A DNA stretch of 46,281 bases from the sequence record SRR22947727_223. One strand, 5' to 3'. Each line of letters starts with the position of its first letter. Positions within the stretch are counted from its first letter, which is position 1. The notes under the pieces were generated by a model that had not been told where the DNA came from, searched no databases, and was given only the letters and a program-made list of their open reading frames with translations. This document shows, piece after piece, positions 34,951-45,560 of this stretch. The position numbers were made by a program, and so were the translations under genes.

Positions 34951-35896
34951 GATCAAAAGAAATTATTTGTTTGGCTAAAGAAAGGCCTATTTTCTCTTGA
35001 GCTTCAAGAGTAGCGGCGCCAATGTGAGGTGTCAATGAAATATTTGGGTGCATCAGTATCTTTATTTCAGGATTTGGTTCAGATTCAAATACGTCTAAAC
35101 CTGCAAAAGCCACTGTTCCATTGTCTAAAAACTCAATAAGAGCTACTTCATCCAAGGCATTTCCCCTTGCTGTATTGATAATACCAACCCCTTTTTTTAA
35201 CATAGAAAAGGCGTTTCTATCAATACAATACTCCTTTTGAGAGGGAACATGAAGGGAAATAAAATGGGATTCTTCTAAGACACTTTCTCTGCTACTTGCT
35301 TCAAGTATAAAAGGTACTTTGTGTCCATTAAAAAAATCTAGCTCAAGGGTGATACTTTTTATTTCAGGATCAAAAAAAAGCACATTCATCCCCATAGAGA
35401 GACCAATTTTAGCGGTTTCTTGACCAATATTACCAAATCCAAAAATACCCAATGTCTTTCCTTTTAGTTCCATGCCAGTAGCATAGGATTTTTTAAGGTC
35501 TTCAAAATGGGTGTCTCCCTCTAGAGGCATATTTCTATTGGCGTCATATAAAAACCTGGCACCAGATAATAAATGGGCAAAGCTTAATTCCGCCACTGCT
35601 CTCGCAGATGCATCTGGTGTGTTAATGACTTTTATGCCTTTAGAAATAGCATAGTCTACCGCTATATTGTCCATCCCAACGCCCCCTCTTCCAATGAGCT
35701 TAATACTTGGACATTGGTCAATAAGCGCTTCTTTTATCTCTGTTGCCGAACGTACTAAAACGACTTCAATCTGATGTTCGTTTATATAATGGGCTAATTG
35801 TGATTGAGATACTGTGGTAGTATCTACTTGGTGACCAGCTTCTTCTAGGTGTTTAATGCCACTAAGATGAATACCATCATTCGCTAAAATCTTCAT
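34943..35896 (-). CDS. serA: D-3-phosphoglycerate dehydrogenase (short form, no ACT domain)
   Basis: VRSAT, RGGVGMDN, GFGNIG, NTARG and TPHIGAAT; directly downstream of serC. Confidence 0.85.
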   Translation of the reverse strand: MKILANDGIHLSGIKHLEEAGHQVDTTTVSQSQLAHYINEHQIEVVLVRSATEIKEALIDQCPSIKLIGRGGVGMDNIAVDYAISKGIKVINTPDASARAVAELSFAHLLSGARFLYDANRNMPLEGDTHFEDLKKSYATGMELKGKTLGIFGFGNIGQETAKIGLSMGMNVLFFDPEIKSITLELDFFNGHKVPFILEASSRESVLEESHFISLHVPSQKEYCIDRNAFSMLKKGVGIINTARGNALDEVALIEFLDNGTVAFAGLDVFESEPNPEIKILMHPNISLTPHIGAATLEAQEKIGLSLAKQIISFDHA

Positions 35897-35899
35897 TTA

Positions 35900-36964
35900 T
35901 TATGCTTTTCTTTCTAGATCACTCATTATATCTACCAATACACCAACACTTTCAAGTGAAAGCGCATTGTACATAGACGCTCTATAACCCCCAACAGACC
36001 TATGTCCGTTTAAACCATTTATCCCTCCAGCAGCGCACATTTCATTGAAACGAGTTGTAAGGGTAGGATCTGATAGGGTAAATGTTGCATTCATATAAGA
36101 CCTGTCTTCTTTGTTTGCATAACCTGTAAACAAGGGATTTAGATCTATTTCAGAGTAAAGTAATCTTGCTTTTTTTCTATTAACTTTTTCAATTGCAGCA
36201 ATTCCTCCAAGTTCCTTAAGCCAAGACATGGTTAACATAGATACATATACAGGGAAAACTGGGGGTGTATTAAACATGCTTTCCTTTTCAATATGCGTCT
36301 GATAGTTTAACATATCTGGAATATGTCTAGAGACTTTTCCAAGAATTGATTCTTTAACCACTACAAGTGTTGTGCCTGCAGGGCCCATATTTTTTTGGGC
36401 ACCTGCGTATATTAAGTCAAATGCAGAAAAATCCATAGTCCTCGAAAATATATCAGAACTCATATCACAAACCATAGGAACGTTCACATCTGGAAACTGC
36501 TGAAATTGGGTTCCATAAATGGTGTTGTTAGAAGTAAGGTGTAAATAATCAACATCTTTTGGCACTTCAATATTCTTTGGGATATAATTGTAACCATCTG
36601 ATTTTGATGACCCTACTTCAATTACTTCACCAAAAGCTTTAGCTTCTTTTATGGCTTTATCGCTCCAAGTACCCGTATTTATATAAGCGGCTTTGGTTTC
36701 TAATAGATTGTAAGCAACCATTAAAAATTCCAAACTGGCACCCCCATGAAGGAAAAGGGCTTTATAGCCCTTGCCTTCTAGATTTAAAAGCGATAAAGCC
36801 AATTCTTGGGCTTGATCCATTACCCCCACAAAATCCTTTGATCGGTGAGAGATCTCTAATAGTGAGAGCCCTGAATCATTGAAATTTACTACTGCTTGAG
36901 ACGCTTTATCCAAAACTTCTTTAGGAAGTATACAGGGTCCAGCACTAAAATTATGTTTTTTCAT
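35900..36964 (-). CDS. serC: Phosphoserine aminotransferase
   Basis: NFSAGP, EISHRS, DMSSD, AGAQKNMGPAG, NTPP and GHRSVGGYRASMYNA. Confidence 0.96.
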   Translation of the reverse strand: MKKHNFSAGPCILPKEVLDKASQAVVNFNDSGLSLLEISHRSKDFVGVMDQAQELALSLLNLEGKGYKALFLHGGASLEFLMVAYNLLETKAAYINTGTWSDKAIKEAKAFGEVIEVGSSKSDGYNYIPKNIEVPKDVDYLHLTSNNTIYGTQFQQFPDVNVPMVCDMSSDIFSRTMDFSAFDLIYAGAQKNMGPAGTTLVVVKESILGKVSRHIPDMLNYQTHIEKESMFNTPPVFPVYVSMLTMSWLKELGGIAAIEKVNRKKARLLYSEIDLNPLFTGYANKEDRSYMNATFTLSDPTLTTRFNEMCAAGGINGLNGHRSVGGYRASMYNALSLESVGVLVDIMSDLERKA

Positions 36965-37040
36965 TAAATTTTCTTTAGTAGAAATTCAGGGCACAAAGGT
37001 CTTATATTAAATCTAAAAAAGGGAGCGCTTTAGGAAATTT

Positions 37041-38087
37041 TTATAAGGATAAAATAAAATTCATAGTGTCTACTCCATCTGCATAATCAGTCAGGCTTGG
37101 TTTTTGGGTTGTTCCAAATGCAATACCATTTAGGAATCCAGAGGGCCCTACAATACATTGAAGCAAATCAGATTTGGCAGTCAGCTCCTTTTCCAATGAT
37201 TTTAGGGAGGTGTAATATTCAAAATGAAGTGATCCAATAGGAGAGGTGAGGCCGGAGTCTTCTTTAATTATTAAAAAGCCATTGTCTAGTATTTTAAACA
37301 TACTCATTAAGTATACCGCCTTATTGTAATCGTAATTATTACTGTATTTTTCATATTCAATAAGGTCTTTATACCCATAAAGTGCCTTGAATAGTAAGTC
37401 AAAATCATATCCTTCAGGCACGTATATTTTAGAAACAGACCTACAACCTAATCCAAAATACCTAAAGACATCTTCACCGAGTTTTTGAAGCACTTCAGGA
37501 CTTTCTTTTCCAGTAATTACGGCAACGGAATTTCTGTTTTTTCTAATAATATGTGGTTTATGGCCAAAATAATGTTCAAAGTATCTAGCGGTATTGTCAC
37601 TACCCGTAGCAATTAAAGCGTCATAGGGGGCATTGATTTTTTCCAATACTTTGACATGATCTGGGTCTTCTTGGGTTTGCTCTTGCAGGAAATTTAAAAT
37701 CCATGGGAGTAGCACCTGGTCATTTGAGGCTAATTTTATTAGGATTTTGGCATCGGCCAAGTAGGCCGTTAAAAAGTCATGAAAACCTACCAACGGAATA
37801 TTACCCGCCATAATTAAAAGCACTATAGGTTTTTTAGTCGGACTAGGGTAGGAGGCTACCCAGTTTTGAAGGTTTTCAGCAGACAATTCATTGGCCCATT
37901 GCGCTGTGGCAAACCAAATATTTTCCTCTGTGAACCATCCATTTTTATGACCCGCCAATGCAATGAGTTTTTCCCACTGATCAAAATAGGGTATGTTGTG
38001 CATTTTTTCTTCTTTGGCCTTAACAAATGCTTTGAGTGTTTTTCCAAAAGTGACAACAGCATTAAATCTATCTTGATATGTGGGCAT
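37041..38087 (-). CDS. Acyl-CoA reductase (LuxC-like, ALDH fold)
   Basis: IMAGNIPLVGFHD, IATGSDN and FGLGCRSV (catalytic Cys). Confidence 0.8.
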   Translation of the reverse strand: MPTYQDRFNAVVTFGKTLKAFVKAKEEKMHNIPYFDQWEKLIALAGHKNGWFTEENIWFATAQWANELSAENLQNWVASYPSPTKKPIVLLIMAGNIPLVGFHDFLTAYLADAKILIKLASNDQVLLPWILNFLQEQTQEDPDHVKVLEKINAPYDALIATGSDNTARYFEHYFGHKPHIIRKNRNSVAVITGKESPEVLQKLGEDVFRYFGLGCRSVSKIYVPEGYDFDLLFKALYGYKDLIEYEKYSNNYDYNKAVYLMSMFKILDNGFLIIKEDSGLTSPIGSLHFEYYTSLKSLEKELTAKSDLLQCIVGPSGFLNGIAFGTTQKPSLTDYADGVDTMNFILSL

Positions 38088-38115
38088 AATATTTGTTTGA
38101 GCGGTTTTTAGGTTT

Positions 38116-38133
38116 TACCTTTGTGCAAAAGTA
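38116..38133. promoter_or_regulatory. Overlapping divergent -7 promoter elements (ferredoxin / acyl-CoA reductase)
   Basis: TACCTTTG (+, 38116-38123) and TACTTTTG (-, 38126-38133) within TACCTTTGTGCAAAAGTA. Confidence 0.55.
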
Positions 38134-38156
38134 ATCAATACACATGATTAACTTAA

Positions 38157-38516
<360 letters not shown>

Positions 38517-38598
38517 GCATTCTTATGTTACTTCCCTTTTTTATAGGCTTTTTTTAAAAGCTTAGCCTTATATTTGCCACCAAATAAAAACCAAGCAT

Positions 38599-39693
38599 AT
38601 GAAAGCAGGTATTGTTGGCCTTCCTAATGTAGGAAAATCTACCCTTTTTAATTGTCTCTCAAACGCTAAAGCGCAGAGTGCCAATTTTCCTTTTTGTACC
38701 ATTGAACCGAATATTGGAGTGGTTAATGTACCAGATTCAAGACTAGAAAAATTAGAATCTTTGGTAGATCCAGAGCGCGTCGTTCCAGCGACAGTTGAAA
38801 TAGTAGATATTGCTGGTCTAGTGAAAGGAGCCAGTAAAGGAGAAGGACTGGGAAATCAATTTCTTGGAAACATTAGAGAAACAGATGCCCTTTTACATGT
38901 GCTACGTTGTTTTGACGACGACAATATTGTTCATGTAGACGGCAACGTCAATCCGATCAGAGATAAAGAAACAATAGATATGGAATTGCAGCTCAAAGAT
39001 TTGGAAACGGTAGACAAAAAATTAGAAAAAGTAAAACGTGCAGCCAAGACAGGCAATAAAGAAGCCCAGAAAGAGGAGGCTGTTTTATTAGCCCTTAAGC
39101 AAGGTTTAGAAGCAGGCAAGTCTATTAGAGCAATTGAGTTTTCTAAAGAAGACAGAGAGGCTTTTGTAAAACCATTACAATTTATTACTGATAAGCCAGT
39201 CATGTATGTGTGTAATGTCTCTGAAGACGCTGCTGTTAATGGAAATGAATATGTAACCAAAGTTAAAGAAGCTGTTGCAGATGAACAGGCAGAAGTGATT
39301 TTTTTAGCGGTTGGAACAGAGGCAGATATTACCGAATTAGAAAGCTACGAAGAGCGTCAAATGTTTTTGGAAGACATGGGCCTAGATGAGCCAGGATCTG
39401 CAAAACTTATCAGAGGGGCCTATAGTTTATTAAACTTAGAAACCTACTTTACTGCAGGTGTTAAGGAAGTAAGGGCTTGGACCATTCCTGTAGGAGCGTC
39501 TGCACCACAAGCAGCTGGTGTTATTCATACAGATTTTGAAAAAGGTTTTATTAGGGCAGAGGTTATTTCTTATGCAGATTACGAATCCTATGGCAGTGAA
39601 GCCAAAGTTAAAGAGGCTGGAAAAATGCGTGTGGAAGGCAAAGAATATATTGTGCAAGATGGAGATGTCATGCATTTTAGATTTAATGTGTAG
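38599..39693 (+). CDS. ychF: Redox-regulated ATPase YchF
   Basis: GLPNVGKST, NFPFCTIEPN, DIAGLVKGAS and a TGS domain ending FRFNV. -7 TATATTTG at 38569-38576. Confidence 0.97.
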   Translation: MKAGIVGLPNVGKSTLFNCLSNAKAQSANFPFCTIEPNIGVVNVPDSRLEKLESLVDPERVVPATVEIVDIAGLVKGASKGEGLGNQFLGNIRETDALLHVLRCFDDDNIVHVDGNVNPIRDKETIDMELQLKDLETVDKKLEKVKRAAKTGNKEAQKEEAVLLALKQGLEAGKSIRAIEFSKEDREAFVKPLQFITDKPVMYVCNVSEDAAVNGNEYVTKVKEAVADEQAEVIFLAVGTEADITELESYEERQMFLEDMGLDEPGSAKLIRGAYSLLNLETYFTAGVKEVRAWTIPVGASAPQAAGVIHTDFEKGFIRAEVISYADYESYGSEAKVKEAGKMRVEGKEYIVQDGDVMHFRFNV

Positions 39694-39714
39694 TACATTT
39701 TAGCACCTATCAAC

Positions 39715-39767
39715 AAAACCCAATCACTATTGTTAATTACTTTAGTTGTATTGGGTTTTATTTTTTT
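39715..39767 (+). terminator. Probable intrinsic terminator after ychF
   Basis: AAAACCCAAT...ATTGGGTTTT inverted repeat followed by a T-run. Confidence 0.5.
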
Positions 39768-39810
39768 GAAGACCTCACTATATTAGCTCCCTATCCTACT
39801 GCTATAAATC

Positions 39811-41682
39811 ATGGAGCAACAAACTCAATATACAGAAGACAATATTCGATCTTTAGACTGGAAGGAGCACATACGTATGCGTCCTGGTATGTATATTGGT
39901 AAGTTAGGAGATGGCTCCTCTGCAGACGACGGTATTTACATCCTTTTAAAAGAGGTTATAGACAACTGTATTGATGAGTTTGTCATGGGGGCCGGTAAAA
40001 CCATTGACATTTCCATTAAAGAAACGGAAGTTACCGTGAGGGATTACGGAAGGGGTATTCCACTTGGAAAAGTGGTAGATGTGGTTTCTAAAATGAATAC
40101 TGGAGGTAAGTATGACAGTAGGGCATTTAAAAAATCTGTTGGACTCAATGGGGTAGGAACAAAGGCGGTAAACGCTCTTTCTTCTATGTTTGAAGTTTCT
40201 TCTAGCAGGGAAAACCTCCTTAAGACCGCCACCTTTGAGGCAGGTAATTTAATTTCAGAAGAAGGTCCTTTAGACACCTCAAAACGAAAAGGAACCAAAG
40301 TCCGCTTTATTCCAGATGCGGCCATATTTAAAAATTATAAATACAGGGCTGAGTATGTGATTAGCATGCTTAAAAACTATGTATACCTCAATCCTGGATT
40401 GACGATTGTTTTTAATGGGGAAAAGTATTTTTCTGAAAATGGATTAAAAGACCTTTTAGAAGACAATAATGCTGCAGAAGATATGCTGTACCCAATCATT
40501 CACCTTAAAGGTCCAGATATTGAAGTAGCCATTACCCATAGTAAAACCCAGTACAGTGAGGAATACCATTCTTTTGTGAATGGACAGCACACCACTCAAG
40601 GAGGAACACACCAAGCTGCTTTTAGAGAAGCAATAGCTCGAACCATTAAAGATTTTTACGGAAAGAACTACGAGGCAGCAGACATTAGAAAATCAATTAT
40701 TTCTGCTATTTCCATTAAGGTCATGGAGCCAATTTTCGAGAGTCAAACTAAGACCAAGCTAGGTTCTACAGATATGGGTGGTGAAATGCCTACTGTTAGA
40801 ACGTATATCAATGATTTTATAGGCCAATACTTAGATAATTTTTTACACAAAAACCCGCAGACTTCAGAGGCACTTCAAAGAAAGATAGTTCAAGCAGAAA
40901 GAGAGCGTAAAGAACTTTCAGGGATCAGAAAATTAGCGAGAGACCGTGCCAAAAAGAGTAATCTGCACAATAAAAAGCTAAGGGATTGTAGGGTACATTT
41001 ACCAGACACCAAAAACGATCGTTGTTTAGAGAGTACCCTGTTTATTACTGAGGGGGATTCTGCCTCGGGGTCTATAACGAAGTCTAGGGATGTGAATACC
41101 CAAGCGGTATTTAGTTTAAGGGGGAAACCACTTAATTCCTATGGAATGAGTAAGAAGATTGTGTATGAAAACGAAGAATTTAATTTATTGCAAGCGGCAC
41201 TGAATATTGAAGATTCCATGGAGGATTTGCGCTATAACAATATTGTTATTGCAACAGATGCAGATGTAGATGGAATGCATATTAGGTTGTTGTTAATCAC
41301 CTTTTTCTTGCAATTTTTCCCTGAACTGATTAAAGACAATCATTTATACATCCTTCAAACCCCTTTGTTTAGAGTTAGAAATAAAAAAGACACCTATTAT
41401 TGTTATACTCCAGAGGAAAAAGAAGCTGCTATGATAAAAGTGGGTGCTAAACCTGAAATTACAAGATTTAAAGGATTGGGAGAGATTTCTCCGGATGAGT
41501 TTAAGCATTTTATAGGTCAAGACATTAGGCTCGAGCCCGTTATGTTAGATAAGAAAATGTCTATTGACCAGCTCCTTGAGTTTTATATGGGAAAAAACAC
41601 CCCAAAGCGACAAGAATTTATAATAAATAACCTCAAGGTAGAACTGGATGTTATCTCTGAAACAGCACCCATAAGCGAATAA
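39811..41682 (+). CDS. parE: DNA topoisomerase IV subunit B
   Basis: [22 protein letters not shown] motifs, [13 protein letters not shown] (TOPRIM) and RFKGLGE; short 623-aa form paired with parC. Confidence 0.92.
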   Translation: MEQQTQYTEDNIRSLDWKEHIRMRPGMYIGKLGDGSSADDGIYILLKEVIDNCIDEFVMGAGKTIDISIKETEVTVRDYGRGIPLGKVVDVVSKMNTGGKYDSRAFKKSVGLNGVGTKAVNALSSMFEVSSSRENLLKTATFEAGNLISEEGPLDTSKRKGTKVRFIPDAAIFKNYKYRAEYVISMLKNYVYLNPGLTIVFNGEKYFSENGLKDLLEDNNAAEDMLYPIIHLKGPDIEVAITHSKTQYSEEYHSFVNGQHTTQGGTHQAAFREAIARTIKDFYGKNYEAADIRKSIISAISIKVMEPIFESQTKTKLGSTDMGGEMPTVRTYINDFIGQYLDNFLHKNPQTSEALQRKIVQAERERKELSGIRKLARDRAKKSNLHNKKLRDCRVHLPDTKNDRCLESTLFITEGDSASGSITKSRDVNTQAVFSLRGKPLNSYGMSKKIVYENEEFNLLQAALNIEDSMEDLRYNNIVIATDADVDGMHIRLLLITFFLQFFPELIKDNHLYILQTPLFRVRNKKDTYYCYTPEEKEAAMIKVGAKPEITRFKGLGEISPDEFKHFIGQDIRLEPVMLDKKMSIDQLLEFYMGKNTPKRQEFIINNLKVELDVISETAPISE

Positions 41683-41685
41683 TTT

Positions 41686-44379
41686 ATGGAAGAATTTGAG
41701 CAAGAAAATTTTCCTGATTCTCAGGAGTCACTTAATACAGAAGAGACCTTAACAAAGGTTTCAGGTATGTATAAAGATTGGTTTTTAGACTATGCATCCT
41801 ATGTGATATTAGAGCGAGCAGTTCCGGCAATTGAAGACGGTTTTAAACCGGTGCAAAGAAGAATTATGCACGCGCTTAAGGAATTGGATGACGGTCGTTA
41901 CAATAAAGTGGCCAATGTAGTGGGACATAGTATGCAGTATCACCCCCATGGAGATGCTAGTATTGCAGACGCTATGGTTCAAATAGGTCAAAAAGACCTG
42001 CTTATAGACACACAGGGTAACTGGGGAAATATATTGACAGGAGACAGTGCTGCTGCTTCGAGATATATAGAGGCTAGACTCTCTAAGTTTGCTTTAGCCG
42101 TAGTATTTAGTCCGAAAATAACAGAATGGCAAAGCTCTTATGACGGAAGAAGAAAAGAGCCTATAAATTTGCCCGTAAAATTTCCTTTATTACTTGCGCA
42201 AGGAGGAGAGGGAATCGCAGTGGGATTGTCTACAAAGATTTTACCTCATAATTTTAATGAGTTAATAGATGCTTCTATAAAGCAGCTCAAAGGCCAGAAA
42301 TTTAATATATTTCCAGATTTTCCTACTGCAGGAGTGATTGATGTAAGTCAATACAATGAAGGATTAAGGGGCGGAAAGATCAGGGTACGGGCAAAGATTG
42401 GCCAATACGACAAAAATACCCTAGTGATCACAGAGATTCCTTTTGGAACAAATACCTCTTCTTTAATTGACTCTATTTTGAAAGCCAATGAGAAAGGGAA
42501 ATTAAAAGTGAAGAAAATCGAGGACAATACAGCAGCTCAGGTAGAGATTTTAATTCATCTTCCAGCCGGTATTTCTCCAGACAAGACTATAGATGCACTA
42601 TACGCTTTCACTGCTTGTGAGTCTTCTATATCTCCTTTAGGATGTATTATTGAAGACAATAAGCCGCTCTTTATTGGTGTGAGTGATATGTTAAGGCGTT
42701 CTACTGAGCGAACTGTAGCTTTGTTAAAGGCAGAATTAGAAATACAATTAGAAGAACTAGAGGCACAGTGGCATTTTTCTTCTTTGGAGCGTGTTTTTAT
42801 TGAAAATAGAATTTATCGAGATATTGAAGAAGAAGAAAGCTGGGAAGGTGTTATTAGCGCTATAGACAAAGGGTTAAAGCCACATATAGCGCATCTAAAA
42901 AGACCTATTACAACAGAAGACATTGCCCGTTTAACAGAAATTCGAATCAAGAGAATTTCTAAGTTCGATATTGACAAGGCGCAGCAGTACATCAGTAGTT
43001 TGGAAGACAAAATGGCCCAAATAAAGCATCATTTGGCTCATTTGATTGACTTTGCCATTGATTACTTTAAGAACCTTAAAGAAACTTTTGGTAAAGGTAG
43101 GGAGCGCCTTTCAGAGATCAGGATATTTGACGACATTGAAGCGACCAAAGTAGTGATGAGAAATACCAAGCTCTATGTCAATAGGGCAGAGGGTTTTGTG
43201 GGGACTTCATTGAAAAAGGAAGAGTATGTAACTGATTGTAGTGACATTGACGACGTGATTGTTTTTACAGCAGACGGGAATGTGATGATTACAAAAGTAG
43301 ACACCAAGACATTTGTAGCTAAAAACATCCTTCATGTAGCCGTGTTTAAGAAAAAAGACAAGCGCACTACCTATAATTTAGTCTATAAAGACGGAAAAAA
43401 CGGCCCTAGTTATATTAAGCGATTCAACATAACAGGGGTAACAAGAGACAGGGCTTATGATTTAACTAATGGTAATTCTGGCTCGGAAGTGCTTTACTTT
43501 AGTGCTAATCCAAATGGAGAGGCAGAGGTCATTACGGTATTGTTAAGGCAGGTAGGAAGTATTAAGAAGTTGAAATGGGACATAGACTTTTCTGATGTGT
43601 TAATCAAAGGCAGAAACTCAAAAGGAAATCTTGTGTCTAAATATGCGGTAAAGCGTATAGAACTTAAGGAGAAAGGGGTCTCTACACTTAAGCCTAGAAA
43701 TATATGGTTCGATGAGGTTGTTCAACGCCTTAATGTAGATGGCAGAGGTAATCTACTTGGTGCATTTAAAGGAGACGATTTGCTATTGGTTATTACACAG
43801 AAAGGGATAGCAAAAACAATGACACCCGACCTATCAATTCACTTTGATGAGGATATGATTGTTTTGGAAAAGTGGGTGCCTTTGAAACCAATTTCGGCTA
43901 TTTATTTTGACGGAGAAAAAGACAAATACTTTGGTAAGCGTTTCTTAATTGACCAACCTAACAGGGAAGATGTATTCATTACAGAACACGAAAACTCCTA
44001 TTTGGAAATTGTTGCAACCGATTGGAGGCCTGTTTTTGAAATAGAATTTAACAAACCTAGGGGAAAAGACGCCAAACCTACTTTACAAATAAACATGGAG
44101 GAGTTTATTGCACCAAAGGGAATTAAAGCACTTGGAAATCAGCTGAGTACAGACAAAATTAAAAATTCAGCCGCGCTGGACCCGCTACCTTATGAGCTTG
44201 AGGAAGTTATAGAAGCCGTAGACATTGTTGTAGAAGATCCTGAGGAAGTAACTGATAACCTTAAGGAAGTATCCGAAAACCTTAAAGAAATATCTGAAAA
44301 CCTTAAGGAAATATCTGAAAATACTGCGCCAAATAAATCTAGTGATGGACAAGAAGGCAGTCAGCCAACCTTGTTTTAA
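41686..44379 (+). CDS. parC: DNA topoisomerase IV subunit A
   Basis: DGFKPVQRR, YHPHGD and AASRYIE (catalytic Tyr); no QxRGGxG GyrA-box seen in the C-terminal domain. Confidence 0.9.
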   Translation: MEEFEQENFPDSQESLNTEETLTKVSGMYKDWFLDYASYVILERAVPAIEDGFKPVQRRIMHALKELDDGRYNKVANVVGHSMQYHPHGDASIADAMVQIGQKDLLIDTQGNWGNILTGDSAAASRYIEARLSKFALAVVFSPKITEWQSSYDGRRKEPINLPVKFPLLLAQGGEGIAVGLSTKILPHNFNELIDASIKQLKGQKFNIFPDFPTAGVIDVSQYNEGLRGGKIRVRAKIGQYDKNTLVITEIPFGTNTSSLIDSILKANEKGKLKVKKIEDNTAAQVEILIHLPAGISPDKTIDALYAFTACESSISPLGCIIEDNKPLFIGVSDMLRRSTERTVALLKAELEIQLEELEAQWHFSSLERVFIENRIYRDIEEEESWEGVISAIDKGLKPHIAHLKRPITTEDIARLTEIRIKRISKFDIDKAQQYISSLEDKMAQIKHHLAHLIDFAIDYFKNLKETFGKGRERLSEIRIFDDIEATKVVMRNTKLYVNRAEGFVGTSLKKEEYVTDCSDIDDVIVFTADGNVMITKVDTKTFVAKNILHVAVFKKKDKRTTYNLVYKDGKNGPSYIKRFNITGVTRDRAYDLTNGNSGSEVLYFSANPNGEAEVITVLLRQVGSIKKLKWDIDFSDVLIKGRNSKGNLVSKYAVKRIELKEKGVSTLKPRNIWFDEVVQRLNVDGRGNLLGAFKGDDLLLVITQKGIAKTMTPDLSIHFDEDMIVLEKWVPLKPISAIYFDGEKDKYFGKRFLIDQPNREDVFITEHENSYLEIVATDWRPVFEIEFNKPRGKDAKPTLQINMEEFIAPKGIKALGNQLSTDKIKNSAALDPLPYELEEVIEAVDIVVEDPEEVTDNLKEVSENLKEISENLKEISENTAPNKSSDGQEGSQPTLF
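44257..44322 (+). repeat. 21-bp in-frame tandem repeat (3 copies) in the parC tail
   Basis: AACCTTAAGGAAGTATCCGAA / AACCTTAAAGAAATATCTGAA / AACCTTAAGGAAATATCTGAA, encoding NLKE(V/I)SE x3. Confidence 0.95.
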
Positions 44380-45161
44380 TTTTTCTTTCGAATAGTCATA
44401 TTCAAGAACTCTACCATGAGTGAAAAAGCTATGGAGAAATAGAGGTATCCTTTGGGAATATTCCCAATACTTTGTCCAAAAACGACTAAATGCGATAAAT
44501 GTGCTGCTTCTGTGGTGAGCATAAATCCTATTAAAATTAGGAAGGAGAGTCCTAATATTTGTATGGTTGGGTTTTTGTTGACAAAATCTCCTACTAGTTT
44601 GGCGAACAGCATCATGATCAGCACAGATATTACTACAGCGATGATCATAATAACCAATGCATCATTTGGATTGCTTGAAATCCCATTGGTCATTCCTATA
44701 GCGGTGAGTATAGAGTCAAAAGAAAAGACAATATTAATGACTGTAATTTGAACAATAGCTGCTCTTAAAGATTTGGTTTGATTTGAGGCCACTTGATTGG
44801 CATCATGTGTATTGTCTTCAATTTTCTCGTGTATTTCCTTGGTGCTCTTGTAGAGAAGGAATAACCCTCCAAGAAATAATATGATCGCTTGCCCGCTAAT
44901 ACTTCCTTGTATCCATTTGGTGTCAAAATGAAACAATGGCTCGTTTAAAGCAGTTAAAAGAGAAATTCCAAGCAGCAAAAGTATTCTAAGCGCCATGGCG
45001 AGCACCAAGCCAATGTTTGTTGCTTTCTTTCTATCTCCTTCTGCAAGTTTTCCTGCAGCAATGGAAATAAAAATAATATTATCAATTCCTAAAACAATTT
45101 CTAAAAAAGTAAGGGTGAGTAGCGCAACCCAAGCGTCTGGGCTTAAAAAGATTTCAAACAT
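44376..45161 (-). CDS. TerC family membrane protein
   Basis: LEIVLGIDN, GGLFLLYK, VFSFDSILTAIG and PKGYLYF. Its stop overlaps the parC stop by 4 nt. Confidence 0.9.
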   Translation of the reverse strand: MFEIFLSPDAWVALLTLTFLEIVLGIDNIIFISIAAGKLAEGDRKKATNIGLVLAMALRILLLLGISLLTALNEPLFHFDTKWIQGSISGQAIILFLGGLFLLYKSTKEIHEKIEDNTHDANQVASNQTKSLRAAIVQITVINIVFSFDSILTAIGMTNGISSNPNDALVIMIIAVVISVLIMMLFAKLVGDFVNKNPTIQILGLSFLILIGFMLTTEAAHLSHLVVFGQSIGNIPKGYLYFSIAFSLMVEFLNMTIRKKN

Positions 45162-45163
45162 GA

Positions 45164-45535
45164 CTATTTTATTTTTACAGCAGTTCCACGCGCTTTTTGG
45201 GCACTACCTACCTGACCGTATTCAAAAGTGTAACGGTCTTCCGAGGTGGTCAGTATTTTAATTAAAAGAGGGGTTTCTTCAGCAGTATTTACCGGATGTA
45301 GATTTTTGAGAATGTATTCACAATCATTGACCCATTTAATGCTACTACTGTCAATTTTACCATTGAAGTTTTCCACTTCTAAGGTGTCGTTTCTGAAAAA
45401 AGAAGTGGTGGTGCTTTCTCCATTGATTTCAGCTGTAAATTCAAAGCTGCCCGTTTTAAAGTCAGTACAATTTCTTTGAGGAGGGTTACAAGCTATTAGT
45501 ACAAATGCCAATATTGTATTATATATAAGTTTCAT
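45164..45535 (-). CDS. Hypothetical lipoprotein
   Basis: Lipobox LIAC (Cys16); CTDFKTGSF and WVNDCEY. Confidence 0.75.
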   Translation of the reverse strand: MKLIYNTILAFVLIACNPPQRNCTDFKTGSFEFTAEINGESTTTSFFRNDTLEVENFNGKIDSSSIKWVNDCEYILKNLHPVNTAEETPLLIKILTTSEDRYTFEYGQVGSAQKARGTAVKIK

Positions 45536-45560
45536 GGTTTAAAAATAAGCAGAAATGCGA

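Noticed and set aside
37041-38087. Bioluminescence (lux) operon
   Set aside because: Only a LuxC-like reductase is present, with no luxAB, luxD or luxE nearby.
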